The notes beneath the pieces were generated by a model that was given only the letters and a program-made list of their open reading frames with translations, was not told the origin of the DNA and ran no database searches. The position numbers and the translations under genes were made by a program. From the human T2T-CHM13v2.0 reference genome, Homo sapiens, in the NCBI RefSeq assembly GCF_009914755.1, contig NC_060929.1: 64,000 bases of DNA; one strand, given 5' to 3'. Below, piece by piece: positions 1-14,795 of the stretch (the first letter of the stretch is position 1; each line of letters begins with the position of its first letter).

Positions 1-214
1 ACACATTGTCTTAATTTCTATCTCTACAGCTTTATTTTTTTCCTCTGCACTTACTTAGCTCTATCTCTAAAATCACACCTTTGTATCTGTATCTTACCAA
101 GTTCTCTCATGGTACTGTCCATTATGTTTTCTTATCTGAATTTGTTTGCTCTATTGGTATTCTTGGACATTAATAGTTCTCACTGACACCAACTTACATG
201 AAAACAATATTTTC

Positions 215-715
215 CTTATGCAATTCTAAGGACCTCGAAATGACAAAGATTCTCTGCTGGACCAAAATTGACTTAGTGTTCTAAAACTTCTCCAACGTTC
301 ATCTGTGCACTTCCTTGTAAAATCCATTTTCAGCAAAAACCCTAAGTAAGTATAATAAAAATCCTGTATGCTTGATATCTCACCACCCTTAATATCTGAT
401 CAGGTTCCTTATGCTCTACCATCCTCGACTGGATGTCTGATCAGCCTGTCCTGTCTTCGGCAAGAATCCTGTTAGGTAGGTTTATTCAGAATTCAACTTA
501 CCCCTTATGTTTCCTCTTAGTGATTTTTCATTCATTGAACCCCACCCTGTTCCTCAACCATAAATTTGTACTTGCCATCACCGTATTCAGAGTTGAGCCC
601 AATTTCCCTCTCCCACTGCAAAATCTCATTGCAGTGGTTCCATACCTATCTTGATGGTCCTGAATAAAGTCTTCCTCACCAGACTTTAACAAGTATCATT
701 GAATAATTGGTATTA
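215..715 (+). mobile_element. ERV1-group solo LTR, MER34/MER39-like
   Basis: 3' end ...agagttgagcccaatttccctctcccactgcaaaa...cctgaataaagtcttcctcaccagactttaacaagtatcattgaataat resembles the MER34/MER39 U5 with AATAAA. The 5' boundary is approximate. Confidence 0.55.
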
Positions 716-859
716 ATGTACTTCTACTCTAATAGTGCCCCTGGAAGCAAATGTGCACCAAAAATATATTTTACTTTAGCAATTCTAAAGACTCTAACCC
801 ATGGTGATTTAAAAATTTTCACGTTTTACAGATATATTTACTTAAACTAGTAAACCTTG

Positions 860-1340
860 CAGTATGCATCTATTATTCTATCATCTATTTCCTTTGAATT
901 TTCTTTTGGGAAACAATTATTCCTAATCTCAGTCTTTGAAATTGTGGATGGGAGAATGTACTTCCTGGCTGTTCCTGGCCACAGTGAATGATTTAATGTC
1001 GATTACGAGATAGATGCCAAACCAGATGAACTCAATCCAGACACTTGGGTCAAAATTACAGGATATTAAGCACTCTTTTTCAGGTAGGTTTGCCAAACCA
1101 ATAGAATCAAATCACCCTTTCTTTGCCAGGAGCAGAGAGACATAAAAGCAATACAGAGGAAACCAGAACTGAGTGACAAATAGATTTCTGATGTAATCTT
1201 CAATCACATAAAATCATTCATGCTTGGAAACAGCTCTACTAATGAAATGTTCTGTTATTTGAGCAAGAGATTGCTTGCTTGCATTTTTTCTTTATTTAAT
1301 TTGAGTTTACATTACCTGTAAGCGAGAGTCCTAAGGTACA
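860..1340 (+). mobile_element. Old MaLR LTR (MLT1J/K/L-like), diverged
   Basis: Ends in ...ttgagtttacattacctgtaagcgagagtcctaaggtaca, like the MLT1 terminus (agagtcctgactaataca). The internal cctggccacagtga motif also fits. Confidence 0.45.
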
Positions 1341-4300
1341 TTCTTAACTGTAGTCATCCATCCATTCTTATAAATCTTCATCTTTTTCCCTACATAAACC
1401 TGCAACAATCCAGGTATAATGCAAACATTCACAGGCCATCACCAATGGTTAGATTCTCTTCACCATTTCTTTTCCAACCCAAGGTTCAGTGTTCCCTATA
1501 ATTGTCTCGCATATCTCTTCTTTATAGAGCCTCTAATTTCTTCCTAAATTACTCTTAGCTTAGATGAGTATTTTTTGCCTCAATGACACACTAATGGTAT
1601 TTGCCCTAGTGGACATCTACCATTCCCTTCACATGACTATTTGTTTACACATTTTTTCTTTTATATCTTTTTCTGCTCTCAGTGCTGTTTCTGCCCCATA
1701 CTGTGTATTTCCATCTTTCCCTCCCAACCAATGACCTCAATATTATTCACTGCATCTCCACGTGGAAGTTTGGCCTCAAGTCTGAGAAAAAATTAACCTT
1801 GGTTCTTTGTATTTGCCTCTTAGTCTGTATGTTAAATTCTGATTTGTACTAACTGCCTGCTTGTAATAACTACCAATTCTCATGTAAGTTTGACTAGATG
1901 TAGAAACTTAGGCAAGCTATCTCGCCTCTCTGGACTCCAATTTCTCACCTGAACACGAGAGATACACATTAAAACCTCTTCTGGTGTTACTTTAAAAAAT
2001 ATCTTATACCTCATATATATAATGTTACATGATGCCTTAGAACATTTTTAACTACTTTAATTTTCTAATCTGTTCAGTTTCATTATGCCTTAAAATGTAC
2101 TATCTCTATGAAATAAATTCATATCTGAAAATTATCAGAGTATACTTTTTTGTTTAAAAATAATATATTTAGTATTATATCAAGTGTGCTTATAATTTTA
2201 TATATGTACAATACGTCCATTTGTATAGGTAGATGTAGTATATTTTTAAAAATTAATTTATGTATCCACATACTTCTTTTAATAAGTATTTTACTGTGCA
2301 TCTACTATGTGACAGGCAATGTTATAGTTGCTGAAGGTAGAAGAATAAAAATGGCAACAATGGCAAAGTACTTCTCTCATGGAGTTTGCATTCAATATGT
2401 AGGGAATAAAAGAAGATAATACACAAACATTCAGAAAAAATGAAAGATTGATAAGCCAATATATTTCATACATATTAATGTTTAAATCAATTTTACCTAT
2501 ATTTCCTCTTATAATTGGCTTTCAGAAACTTTAGAAAATTTTTGCTAGAAAAAACTCACTCTTAATCAAATATCCATAGCACCCTTGGTATGAAACTGGT
2601 TTTCTTTTCCAAATGTGGAAAACTGAAGCAGCTTAGTAAGAACACTTCTAAAGCATATCTGAGCAATGGGCCAACTGTCAAAGACAGAGATAAGATGTTT
2701 AATGGCTGAAAGGGAAAAGCTTGGGATCTTTTGAATATGATGATGATGAAGTTAATAATTCAAAGACCATAAGCAGTACACAATTCGACAGCATTTTAAA
2801 AAACCAAATACCTTCTGATCTTTAGTTTTATAACTAATAGACTATAATTGTGAGATGGCTTACTAAAAGTAGTCATACAATCTGAACTGAGGAATGAAAT
2901 CCTCCATCAATACTTCGTAGATGAAATTGGACAAAGAAGCTATCTAGTTTAGCAGTTTCTATGATGCCAATTTTTAAAAGGCATTAAACACCTTACTGGA
3001 ATAAATCAGAAATATAATGCCATTTAAACTCTATGGGATCTATGTGCTTACACAACAGACAAAAAAAATTCCAAATTTTCTCACTTCCACCTTTGACAGT
3101 ACCTCTAAATCGAAACAAGCAAGCAATCTATGAAAGTGCCAGTACTGTTCCTACTAAATAAATATTTAAAGAGTATCGCTTTGAAAGTGTGGGAAATTAC
3201 TAGTCTCCTAGCAGGCATCAGTCAAGATATGCTTATAGATACCAAATTTAATGCCCTGATTTATTGTTCGCAAGTTTCTAAAAGAAAATAGGGTTTAACT
3301 TCACAATGTGACTTCTTGGGAACCCTCTTAGGCTGAACAAAAAGTCATAAAAACAGATGTTGAACTTCATAATATTTGTGAAATAAAACCTTACTTTGGA
3401 TCTATCAAGGAGCTTTACATAAAACAAGGAGTATAAGAGATGCTTATTGGTTTAATGTCTATAAAATTATCTAAGGTGTACATAATATTTATTGATGAAC
3501 TTGCTTAAGATTAGGAAGTTCTATTAAAGCCAAATTGTTCTTTGTTCATATGTATGCCAATTATTTATTCAGCATCACCTTTGTCACCAAATAGATAGAC
3601 AATATTAAGATCTTTAGCATTTTAAATATACCCCCCCATGAAACCAAACAGCCTCACTAAACAACTACATCAACAGCTTTTGAGTCTGGCTAACAGACAC
3701 TCATTCCCTAATTATGCTTCCAAACATGTCTTCACTTCAGAAGCTGTAAAAGGAAAATATTTTCAAATTCCCTTGGATGAGGTTTAGGCTTCTATGAAAA
3801 TTTTGCTTTTTCTCATGAAAGTAACTGAAATAATTTATACTCTTTCTTTTGCCTTCTTCTCGTGATTGTTAATGAAATACCTGGATCTTCATCAGTCATC
3901 TAGCCATGGTGGAAAAGTAAAGGAAATCAATGAGATATTTGATGGACATCATTGAACCACTAAAGCAATATTATCTGCCATCAAAATGTGGCCCTTAAAC
4001 ATACAACGATTTGAGAATATACTTATTTATTTAGGTCATTCTAGCCCAAGAATATGTTAATTATAACAAAAGTTGCTCACCAATATATATATTTTCTAAG
4101 CCATGATTATGAAAATACATTTATGTGCTTAAACTAATTTCCAAACAACACAGTGTTTTTTTAGACAGACCATGAGGCAGTGGTCATCATATTGATAACA
4201 TAAACCCACAAACTTTGCCCTAATTAATCCCTGTGCATTAAAAAAATTGAGTGATTTTTAAAATATATTTTATCCCGTTGCTGTTTTTATAGTCTGAATT

Positions 4301-4994
4301 AAGCAATTTGGTTGACAGAGGTTGGAAACTAAGGAAGAAAATAATGATAAAGTTGTTTTAAAAAGATGTAAAGATGAATAAAAGGAAAAACTATGTGTAC
4401 ACACAAAAAATATGTGAGGCAGTTAAGGTATGAACTTTTAGTTAGGGGAAACAAAGTGTCAGATGCTAGACTGTAGGAAAACTCACCAAATCTGAATAAC
4501 TAGTCTAGATCTATAAATATAACTATCTACACAACATTTTACAGAAGCAGTGTTACAACATAAAATAACAGACTTTTAAATCTATAAAACCTAGATAGGG
4601 TAGTTTTACCTTTTATTTTATCTTTATAATCTGCTGGTTTATGCTGGGCAATTTTCTTAACTTTTCTCATTAGAATTCTCATTTCTAAACTTGTAAAAAT
4701 AATACCATATTGGGATTAAAATTAGAAAATATAACAAATGATTTTTCACATCATATTCATTATATCAATTTTATTTAGTTCTCTTTTACAGCATCCTTCT
4801 AAGCTGATTTACCATACTCTCATCAACTCTCATCTTCAGTTCTAAAATCACTTTCTAGTGAGTCTCCCTGACTATACTATTCTAACATAGAATCTTCTTT
4901 AATGCTTTTGTAAATACAATTGGAAAAAAAATAAAAAAATCTTAGCATATAATATTTTTTAAAAAAAATTAGGGGCCATTATTTGTGTGTAAAT

Positions 4995-5200
4995 CAGTAG
5001 TTCTCTATCAGGATTGATTTTGTCCCTGCACCATATTTGACAACATCGTGAAACACTACTGATAATCACAAATGGAGTATGTGTGGAAATGCTACTGGCA
5101 CTTGGTGAGTGGAGGCCAAGAATGGTAATAAATATCTCATAATGCATAGAAGTATTATACTATCACAAGGAATTATCTGATTCAAAATTTCAATAGTGTC
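4995..5200 (+). mobile_element. MER20 (hAT-Charlie DNA transposon)
   Basis: cagtagttctct...gattttgtccc...gctactggca...gaggccaagaatg...aaggaattatctgattcaaaatttcaatagtg is colinear with the MER20 consensus. Confidence 0.85.
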
Positions 5201-5349
5201 CTTATCTATTAAAATGACAACCTTTTAGTCAAATGTCTTTATGGTCTAAACTTTGCCCAGTTCTTCTGTCACAAACTCATCATGCATTGTATACTTTGAT
5301 CATTTCAATGGTCTTGCATTATTTTTCTAAATAAATCAAAACCTTTTAA

Positions 5350-5652
<303 letters not shown>

Positions 5653-5677
5653 AAAACTTTTTTTTTCTATTATTACT

Positions 5678-5758
5678 ACTACTACTACATAGCAATGATC
5701 TTGAACAAATCATTCAGCCACTACTACTGCATAGCAATGATCTTGAACAAATCATTCA
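5678..5758. repeat. Tandem duplication, period 42 bp, 2 copies
   Basis: actactact(a/g)catagcaatgatcttgaacaaatcattca at 5678-5716 and 5720-5758, one mismatch. Confidence 0.95.
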
Positions 5759-7304
5759 AACTAACCACTTTTCTTACCTTATCTGGAATTGTTGGACCTC
5801 ATAAATTCTAAGTTCCCTCAAGCTTTAACATTTATTATAATTTAAATTATAAATAAAACTGGGATTGATTTTGCACTATATTGAATTATGAATGCTAATT
5901 ATTTTTGTAATAATTATTAAAGCACAAGAAGAGCAGATAAACTTTATTTTTTTCAACTTTTGGAACAATGTTTTATAATTTTACAATCAGTAAAGCTATT
6001 GAACTAAGAACCCTAAATATTTAAGGTTATTGGATAGATGCAAACAAACTATATATTGTAATAATTAACATGGGATTTTTCTGTCAAAATTGTAAATATT
6101 TACACTTCTAATTTTTATATAAATCAAATGTATTTTTGTTCCTATCCATACAAAATCTAATGTTAGCTTCAATACACTGTTAAAGTAATGAATAATGTTG
6201 ATACTGGGAAGAATTTTACTAATTCTTGGAAACTTGATTTTGTCTGGTCTCAAAATGACTGAGCCAAAGTAATGACATATTTGGAAGAAAATAGAAATAA
6301 AATCTTTCACATTTCTTAACTATCACCTTTAAATTCAGTTGAAGAAACGTGCCTTCATAGCTTTAACAGTAACACAAACTAAGGACAGAGAAGGGCATAA
6401 AGTTGTCCATGTAATTCCAGGCAAGAGACAGAGACAATGAGAACTGAGTCATATACAGGTCACCAATAAACAAATGTCCACATGCCAGTCACAATATATT
6501 CAGTAGCCTGCAGGTCTAGTGCCAAAAGTGGAAAAATCTATTCTCTTGCCTAAGGATTTAGGCAAGTTTTTTCTTACTTTACCATTTATTTTCATTTTTT
6601 TGTGAACAAATCTTCTCAATGTTTATATTTATTAGTATGAAAGAAAATAGTAATAAAATTGATGCTGAAACAAACACATCTCATTCTAGCAATAATAAAA
6701 CTGTTCCTTAGACAGATGGGTTATTTGACAAAGAAGCCTAGTCCAAATCAGGAGATAGATTTTAAATAAAAATGCAGCTTCTAATATTTAATAATTATCT
6801 GTAAAATTTAATGAAAGATTTATATTGCTTTGGTCATTTGTATTCTAATAAAAACATCTCATGAAAATTCAATCCAGAGAATCTGAACACTTAGATCCTT
6901 AAGATCACAGAAAATTTAAAATATGAAAATTGCACACTCTCTCTTTCTCTCTTTAAAGAATGTCATTTTATATTTTCCACCTTATCTATGAGGCAGATAT
7001 CATATTCCCTATTTCATACATGATCAAAATCCAGTGGACTAAAACCTCATTCAATAATACAATAAATAAGTGAAAGAACCATAATTTAAATCCAGATCTC
7101 CTGATTAAACTGTGTCATATTCACTGTATACACCCTGAATTTCGGCATCAGTGATTAACATAACTGAGAAAAATTTGAAATAAATTTTGTCCACCCCTAA
7201 AATAGACAATATAATATTCTACTTTATTTCAACTACATTAACATCTAATAAATAAATCTGTACTTAATTATGTAAAATAAATTTTACATAACTAGGCATG
7301 TTTT

Positions 7305-7526
7305 AGTAATTTATATTGAAGTATCTCTTGTGTCAGACACTATGATGCTTTTATGTACATTACTTTAAACCTCATAATAAGATAAGATATAAAAATTGTG
7401 TCTCCTCTTTTGGATAAGAAAATTACAGAATATTATTTAAATGCCTAGCATTGCAGAATTATTAACTGGCAAGGCTGAGATTGGAATTCAAACTTTAAGT
7501 ATCAAGGCCCATGATTTTAAACACTA
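7305..7526 (-). mobile_element. MIR
   Basis: tattgaagtatctcttgtgtcagacactatg...cctcataataa...ttttggataagaaaatt...ggcaaggctgagattggaattcaaac follows the reverse MIR consensus. Confidence 0.65.
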
Positions 7527-7747
7527 AAGTCTGTATTTTTTTTTTTTTTTTTTAGTGTAAGTGGAGCTGACTAATTCAGTCAGTGTTTTGATAAAATCCT
7601 TACATTTTAGGTATTAATTCATAATTGGTTGACTTTATTTGCCAACTGTATATTTGCTTTGTAGGGAGTGTGAAATTAGCACCAATTTTAAGTAAAATAA
7701 ACTTTTATGAAATGTAATTAAGATTAAAGTTTATCACAGCACAGTTC

Positions 7748-9870
7748 ATGTTCATGGACTGGAATAATTAATACTGTTAAAATGCAATCTGCATATTCAA
7801 TGCAATCTGTACCAAATTACCCATGACATTTTTCACACAATTAGAAAAAAAACAAGCCCCAAATTTGTCTGGAACCAAGAAAGAGTCCAAATAGCCAAAA
7901 CAATTACGAGCAAAAGAACAAACCTGGAGATATCACACTACCTTATGTTAAAAAATATATTGCAAGGCTATAGTAACTGAAACATCATGGTATTGGTATA
8001 AAAACAGACACACAGACCAATAGAAAGACAAGATAATCCAGAAATAAATCCATATATATATACAGCCAAGTCATTTTCTATAAAGGCCCCAAGAACATAC
8101 ACTGGGGAAAGGACACCCTCTTCAATAAATAATACTGAGAAAATTAACAATAAAACTGAACCCTTATCTCTCACCATATACAAAAATTAACTCAAGATGG
8201 TCTAAACACTTAAATGTGAGGCCCCAAACTGTAAAACCGCTAGAAGAAAACATAGGGAAAACACTTCAGGACATTGGTCTAGGAAAAGATTGTACGGCTA
8301 AGACCTGAAAAGCATAGACAATGAAAATAAAAATAGACAAATGGGACTGTTATACTACAAGCTTCTGCACAGCAAAGGAAACAATCAACAGTGAAGGAAC
8401 AACCTGTTTAATGGGAGAGATATTTACAAACTGTTTATCTGACAAGGAACTAATATCCAGAATATACAAGAAACTCAAATAACTCAATAGTAAATAAAAA
8501 AACTAAATAATCCCTGAATTATTAAACAAATGACCTGAATAGACATTTTTCAAAAGAAAACATACAAATGGCCAACACATATATGAAAAAAATACTCAAT
8601 ATCACTATTCATCAGGGAAACGCTAATGAAAAACACATTTCATTTGAGATATTATCTTACCCCAGTTTTAATGACTACTATTAAAAAGACAAAAAGTAAG
8701 AGACACTGTGATATGGTTTGTCTGTGTCTCCATCCAAATATCATCTTGAATTGTAGCTCCCCAAATCCCCAAGTATCCTGGGAGAGACCCAGTGGAAAGT
8801 AATTGAATCATTAGGGTCAGATTTTCCTGTGCTGTTCTTGTGACAGTGAATGAGTCTCATCAGATCCGATGGTTTTATAAGGGGCAGTTCCCTTGCACAA
8901 GCTCTCTTGCCTGCCACTATGCAAGACGTGCCTTTGCTCCTCCTTCACCTTCCGCCATGATTATGAGGCCTCCCTGGTCATGCAGAACTGTGAGCCCACT
9001 AAACCTCTTTTTCTTTATAAATTACCCAGTCTTGGGTATTTCTTCACAGCAGTATGAAAATGGACTAATACATACTGGCAAGGATGTGGAGAAAAGGAAA
9101 CTGGTATGCTGTTGGTGGGAATGTAAGTTAGTACAGCCAATATTGAAAGCAGTTATGGAACTTTCTCAAAAAACTAAAAAAATAGAACTACCATATAACC
9201 CAGTAATTCCAGTACTGTGTATTTGATCAAAAGAAAAAAAATCAGTATATCAAAGGAATACCTGCAATCCCATGTTTATTGCAGCACTATTCACAATAGC
9301 AAACATATGGAATCAACCTAAGTGTCTGTCCATCAACAGATGAATGAATAAAGAAAATGTGGTGTATACACACAATGGCATACTATTTGACCAAAAAAAA
9401 TACAACCATATTATTTGCAGCAAGAAAGATGGAGGATATTATGTTACATGATATAATCCAGGCACAGAACGACAAATATTGCATGCTCTCACTCATATGT
9501 GGAAGCTAAACAAGTTGATCTCATGGAAGTAGAGCGTAGAATAATAGATACCAGAGGCTGGGAAGAGTGTGTGGGTGGGAGGGGAAATGAAGAGAGGTTG
9601 GTCAGGGGGTATAAATATACAGCTAAATAGGAGATACAAGTTTGAATGTTTTACAGCAAAGGAGAATGACTACACTTAACAATATTTTATTGTAAATTTC
9701 AAAATAGCTAAAAGAGAGGACTTGAAATGTTCCCAATATATAGAATTGATAAATACTTAAGGCAATGGACACCACAAATACCCTGACTTGATTACGACAC
9801 AGTCTATGCATGTAACAAAAAATTATAGGCACCCCATAAATATGTAAAATATTTTGTATCAATAAAAATA
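7748..9870 (+). mobile_element. L1MA (L1MA4-like) 5'-truncated LINE-1: ORF2 3' part plus 3'UTR, split by THE1B
   Basis: Degenerate ORF2 (catgttcatggactggaa..., aaatagacaaatgggact, tgttggtgggaatgtaagttagtacagcc), an L1MA-type 3'UTR and a terminal aataaaaata. Confidence 0.9.
8709..9072 (+). mobile_element. THE1B-like MaLR solo LTR nested in L1MA
   Basis: Termini tgatatggtttg...ggactaataca, 364 bp. 5-bp TSD cactg (8704-8708) / tactg (9073-9077). Confidence 0.95.
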
Positions 9871-10274
9871 ATTGGTATAGCAAATATAGCAATACAGTCA
9901 ATGAATTACATACTATCTGATATTATTTAACTATTTTTATTTTATAATTATTTCCTTTTATTTTATTTCATCTAAATAATAAAAAATGAAAGATGAAAAG
10001 ACCAGTTTTGTTACTATTTGATTATGAAACACTGTCACTTCAATCAGAAAAAAAATTTCAAACAGACTAATATAGAAATATTTAAAAAGTCTATTTAAGA
10101 TAATTCAAATTAAGTTATTAAATGTTTGATGTAAGTTAAAGATACCAGAGGATTTTCTCATTTCTAATATTTCCATATGACACCTATTCCTCATCAGGTA
10201 ATAATGGTATTTATTCTGAATAACATGTTCTTATTGACTAGTTTTAACTCTTTACACTTAAAAGGATTTAGATT

Positions 10275-10900
10275 CAAATCACAATAAAAATTAACAAATA
10301 TATTTAACCGAATGACGATGCAGCTACAATGTATCAAAACATATGAGATGCAGCCAAAACTTTGCCTGGAGAGAAATTCATAACTTTAAGTGCTCACATC
10401 AGTTAAAAAAAAGGACTGATAAATAGTGAGTTAAGTTTTTACATTAAAAAATTAGAAAAGAAAAAGCAAAATAAATATGAAAGTAGAGAAATATGTATAC
10501 AATTAACAATAAAAAGATAACATCAAGAATTAAGAAAACAGATATCAAAGATACCTTAAATAAAATAAAATAAATAAAAGCAAGTTACCTCTTCTTAAAA
10601 GCTAATAAATTTGGCAAATCACAGCAACACTGATCGAGCAAAAAAGGAAACACAAATTATGACTGCTAATCCTATGAATGTTTAAAGAAAATAAAATACA
10701 TAATTTTGATAAACTTCAGGCTATAATTTTCAATTCAAATGAAATTGATAATATTTTAGAAAAATGCAGGTTATCAAAAGAGAAACAAGTAGGAACTCTG
10801 GTTATTAGTATTTTAAGTAAATATATCAAAATGTATAATGAAACACATTCCTGCAAAGAAATAACCAGATCAAGATGGTGTCTTATTCATATCAAGAAAA
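10275..10900 (+). mobile_element. Old L1M ORF2 fragment
   Basis: tatcaaaacatatgagatgcagccaaaac...gagagaaattcataactttaagtgctcacatcag...aaaattagaaaagaa resembles the ORF2 region just after the EN domain. Confidence 0.7.
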
Positions 10901-11032
10901 ATGTATGAGGAATGAGCTTATGATGTAGCTAAAATATTCTCTCCATCATCAGTGACATGCATTGATTCTTTATTATGTATATATCTTGTGTTTCAGGTAT
11001 ATTATTTTATTTAATTCACAAAGCAACCATAC

Positions 11033-11413
11033 TGTATTTGTCTGCTCTAGTTGCCATAACAGAATATCAAAGAATGGGTGGCTTAACTAACACGAATTTA
11101 TTTTTCTAACAGTTGTGGAGGCTGGAAGTTCAAAATCAAGGTACTGGAAAAATTGGTTTCCAGGTGTGGCCTCTGTTCCTGGCTTGCAGACAGCAGCTTT
11201 TTCACTGTGTCCTTGTACAGCCTTTCCTCTGTGTCTACAGTCTTGTTATCACTTCTTATATAGACACCAGTTTTATTGGATTAGGCCAACACCCTTATGA
11301 TCTCATTTAATAGTAATTAGCTTCCTAAAGGCCCTTTATGCAAATACAGTCACATTGATGATTAAGACTGTAATATTCCTTCATCAGGTGGAGACAGTTG
11401 AGTTTGTGAACCA
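11033..11413 (-). mobile_element. MLT1A-like MaLR LTR
   Basis: tgtatttgtctgctctagttgccataacagaatatc...gggtggcttaa...ggaggctggaagttcaaaatcaagg...caaatacagtcacatt. Confidence 0.85.
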
Positions 11414-11557
11414 AAGTGTTTTGTTGCCTTTTTGCTGGGGTCTGCAAAGATTTACTGGGGACAAAATGCAGTTGAGATCAATTTATATTGATCTCAGTAT
11501 ATCAATTGAGATCAATTATATCAATTTATATATATATATTTTATATATATATATACA

Positions 11558-11816
11558 TTTTTTTTTGAGACAGAATCTCGCACTGTCACCTGGGCTGAAT
11601 TCAGTGGTGCGATCTTGGCTCACTGCAACCTCCACCTCCAGGTTCAAGTGATCCTCCTGCCTCAGCCTCCCAAATAGCTGGGATTACAGGTGCCAGCCAC
11701 CACGCCCGGCTAAATTTTTGTTTTTTAGTAGAGATGGGGTTTCACTATATTGGCCAGTCTAGTTTCAAACTCCTGATCTTGTGATCCGCCCACTTCAGCT
11801 TCCCAAACTGCTGGGA
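11558..11816 (-). mobile_element. AluS (Sg-like), 5'-truncated, tail adjoining (TA)n
   Basis: Reverse Alu from ttttttgagacagaatctcg to cccaaactgctggga. About the first 28 nt of consensus are absent. Confidence 0.93.
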
Positions 11817-12985
11817 CAATTAATATTTTAATGGACATTTATTACTTTTGCTTCTCACGCCCTTCAGGAAAGAAATATTAATTTCTCTATGCTTCTCTGC
11901 AAAGACCCCACTCCAGTGATCTCTGTAATAATTGTGCTGATTAGGCAATGAAGCCATGGGGGCCTGAAAAGTGAGAGAAGCTAGAATATATTCACTAAAG
12001 AGGAAGAGAACAGACAACAGTGCAGAAAACTGGGGGATCAGGAGTTCAGGGAGATATAAAGATTAGTGTTGTCTAGGGAGTTGAAATTGAGGAATAGTAC
12101 TTTGGAGAAAAGTTGTCTCTATATAACAGTATGGTAGTCTCTGCTACTCGCATTCCACTGAAAGCTTAGGAAGCACCATATTCAATGAGGAAAGGACTGC
12201 AAAAGCTAAGAATACAGAAGAATCTCCACCAGCCTAACTCAAAGGTAGCTAGCCCTTGGTCCTGAGCTCATCTGCTAGGAGCAATCCTCACTCAGCACAG
12301 GTGTTAAGGCTTCCGTTGTAGTAACTTCATTTCCTATTGGATGAGGCCATGTTTATTAAATATCATAGGTGTGAATTATTAATTTGTTAATATATTTACA
12401 ATAAAATTAAAAGTAATATTCATGAAGGATGTAATATTGGTTTGTTTTCTTCTTAAAAAATGACAGATAAGTCTTAAGTTAAAAATGTCTAGTAAAGTTA
12501 TTTGGTAAAAGCAACTACAGAGAACTTAAGAATATCCTAAAATATCCAGCAATACCGTTGGTGAAAACTGTAGTGTGAAACCACAGTGATTCCCAATTGT
12601 GGAATTCTTTTACTTTTACACTAACAAAGCCATGGGTGATTTTGACAGAATTAAATGTCCAGAGTGAATTAGGTAATACATCACTTAAAATTTCCAAATA
12701 TTTTTCTTAATCTAGAAAGTGAAAATGTTTTCTATTCAAGAGAAATGTTCTCAGTAGCAGAACAAATGTATTTTAAACACCTATTGCCAGAAGGGCATGG
12801 AGGTAGGCACTGCAACTGTAACCAACTCTACCTCCAGTAGAGATGGTTAAAAGCAAGAACAAACATTATGACTAAAACCTGAAGGTAACATCCATCTTTA
12901 GTAGGGTAAAATACTACATTTATTTAAACCCCGGGCTAGTATCCTATGGAAATAGACAAACTGTGTTTTAGTAAAAATGATGGCA

Positions 12986-13250
12986 CTGTAATCCCAGCAC
13001 TTTGGGAGGCTGAGGCGGGTGGATCACAAGGTCAGGAGACTGAGACCAGCCTGGCCAACATGGTGAAACCCCGTCTCTACTAAAAATACAAAAATTATCT
13101 GGGTATGAGGCTGAGGCAGGAGAATCACTTGAATCCTGGAGGCAGAGGTTGCAGTGAGCCAAGATTGCACCAATGCACTTCAGCCTGGGAGACAGAGTGA
13201 AACTCCATCTCAAAAAATAAATAAATAAATAAATAAAATAACGAAATAAA
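12986..13250 (+). mobile_element. AluS (Sg-like), 5'-truncated, ~30-bp deletion at start of right arm, (TAAA)n tail
   Basis: Starts at ctgtaatcccagcac. The run aaaattatctgggtatg|aggctgaggcagg skips the cctgtaatcccagctac segment. Confidence 0.93.
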
Positions 13251-13981
13251 GATGTTCAAGATTGGATAGTCTTCTGAATATCCAACAAAATGTTTTTGTT
13301 AATCTATTGTAAAGCACAGAGTGGTAATGTATTGCATTTTTCATGTAATAATAATACTGTCATAATTACTATGTAATAAATACTATGTCATACTTTGTAA
13401 GTATGCATGGTTGGGGAGTTTATCTGTAGGGATTCATGCAGCCAAGTAAAATCACCTCTATTTTACTCTCAGTGATGGAAACAGTAATCATAAAAAGCTC
13501 TTTCCTACTAGAGAAACAAAATTAAAACAGAAATCAGTGAGATCAACAAAAAAGCAAATGTTCATGGTATTTCATTCACACTGGACACCTGTTCATGGAA
13601 AATAGGGCCATAATTTCTAATTTGTGGATAAAGCATTACTTTTATTAACTATTTATTTGTTATGAACTTAGATGCTTTCAGCAAAACACTGACAGCAGTG
13701 TTGGCTTTTTTATTATTTAAGTTATAATAATCATCATTTAACTATATTTATAAAAAGAAGACCATTGATTTTCATTTATTTCAAACATTAAGGACCGCAT
13801 TATTTTTCGGGAAATGTTGTCTTTTTTAATAGAAAATTATTTTTAAACAGAACATTTACTTTAGTTGATATCAAATTAATACTCTGAAAGGCTACCTTTT
13901 GAAGAAGCACAATGTTATATTCAGTCTTTAAATTGTTGTTTCAAAGGCTTACATATCTTTTCTTAAGATATCACTTAATAT

Positions 13982-14295
<314 letters not shown>

Positions 14296-14479
14296 TTAAT
14301 ATATCTTTAAGGTATCTTGAGGTATCATTTCTTAAGTAATAGCACTAAGATTTTTTTATTCACCTTTTCTTTAGATTGTTCACTTCAGACATAGAGTCTT
14401 AATTCCAAGAATTAAAATGTTCTCACTAATGCTGTTTAGTCTATTTTAAAAAGAAAGAAAGCTGAGGCAAACAAATACT

Positions 14480-14795
14480 ACGATGTTCCAAAATATGGCA
14501 GAGTCTCACAAACGTTGTGATGTTCGTAAGTTACTGAAGACATCTTTTCTGATCTAGTCAGATATAAAGTACTAGAAGGCAAAACTAATACGGGTTGTTA
14601 GAAGTCATTCTGGAAATTTGATTTTGACTGGAAGGGAATATGAGGCTTCTGGGTTATAGGTAATATTCTGTTTCTTAATCTATTGCTGGTTGTATGAACA
14701 TATTCAGTTTACAGAATGTACCAAGTTGTGCAGTCATGATTTGTGTTTCTTCTGCATGTGTATTATAATCCAATGTTTTTTAAAAGATTGTTTAA
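14480..14795 (+). mobile_element. L1ME-type 3'UTR fragment
   Basis: aggcaaaactaat...gttagaagtca...tgactggaaggga...ggcttctggg...ggtaatattctgtttcttaatct...tgcatgtgtattata. Confidence 0.7.

Noticed and set aside
8840-9226. 128-aa ORF
   Set aside because: Read-through from THE1B into a decayed L1 ORF2 remnant, with a GTG start.
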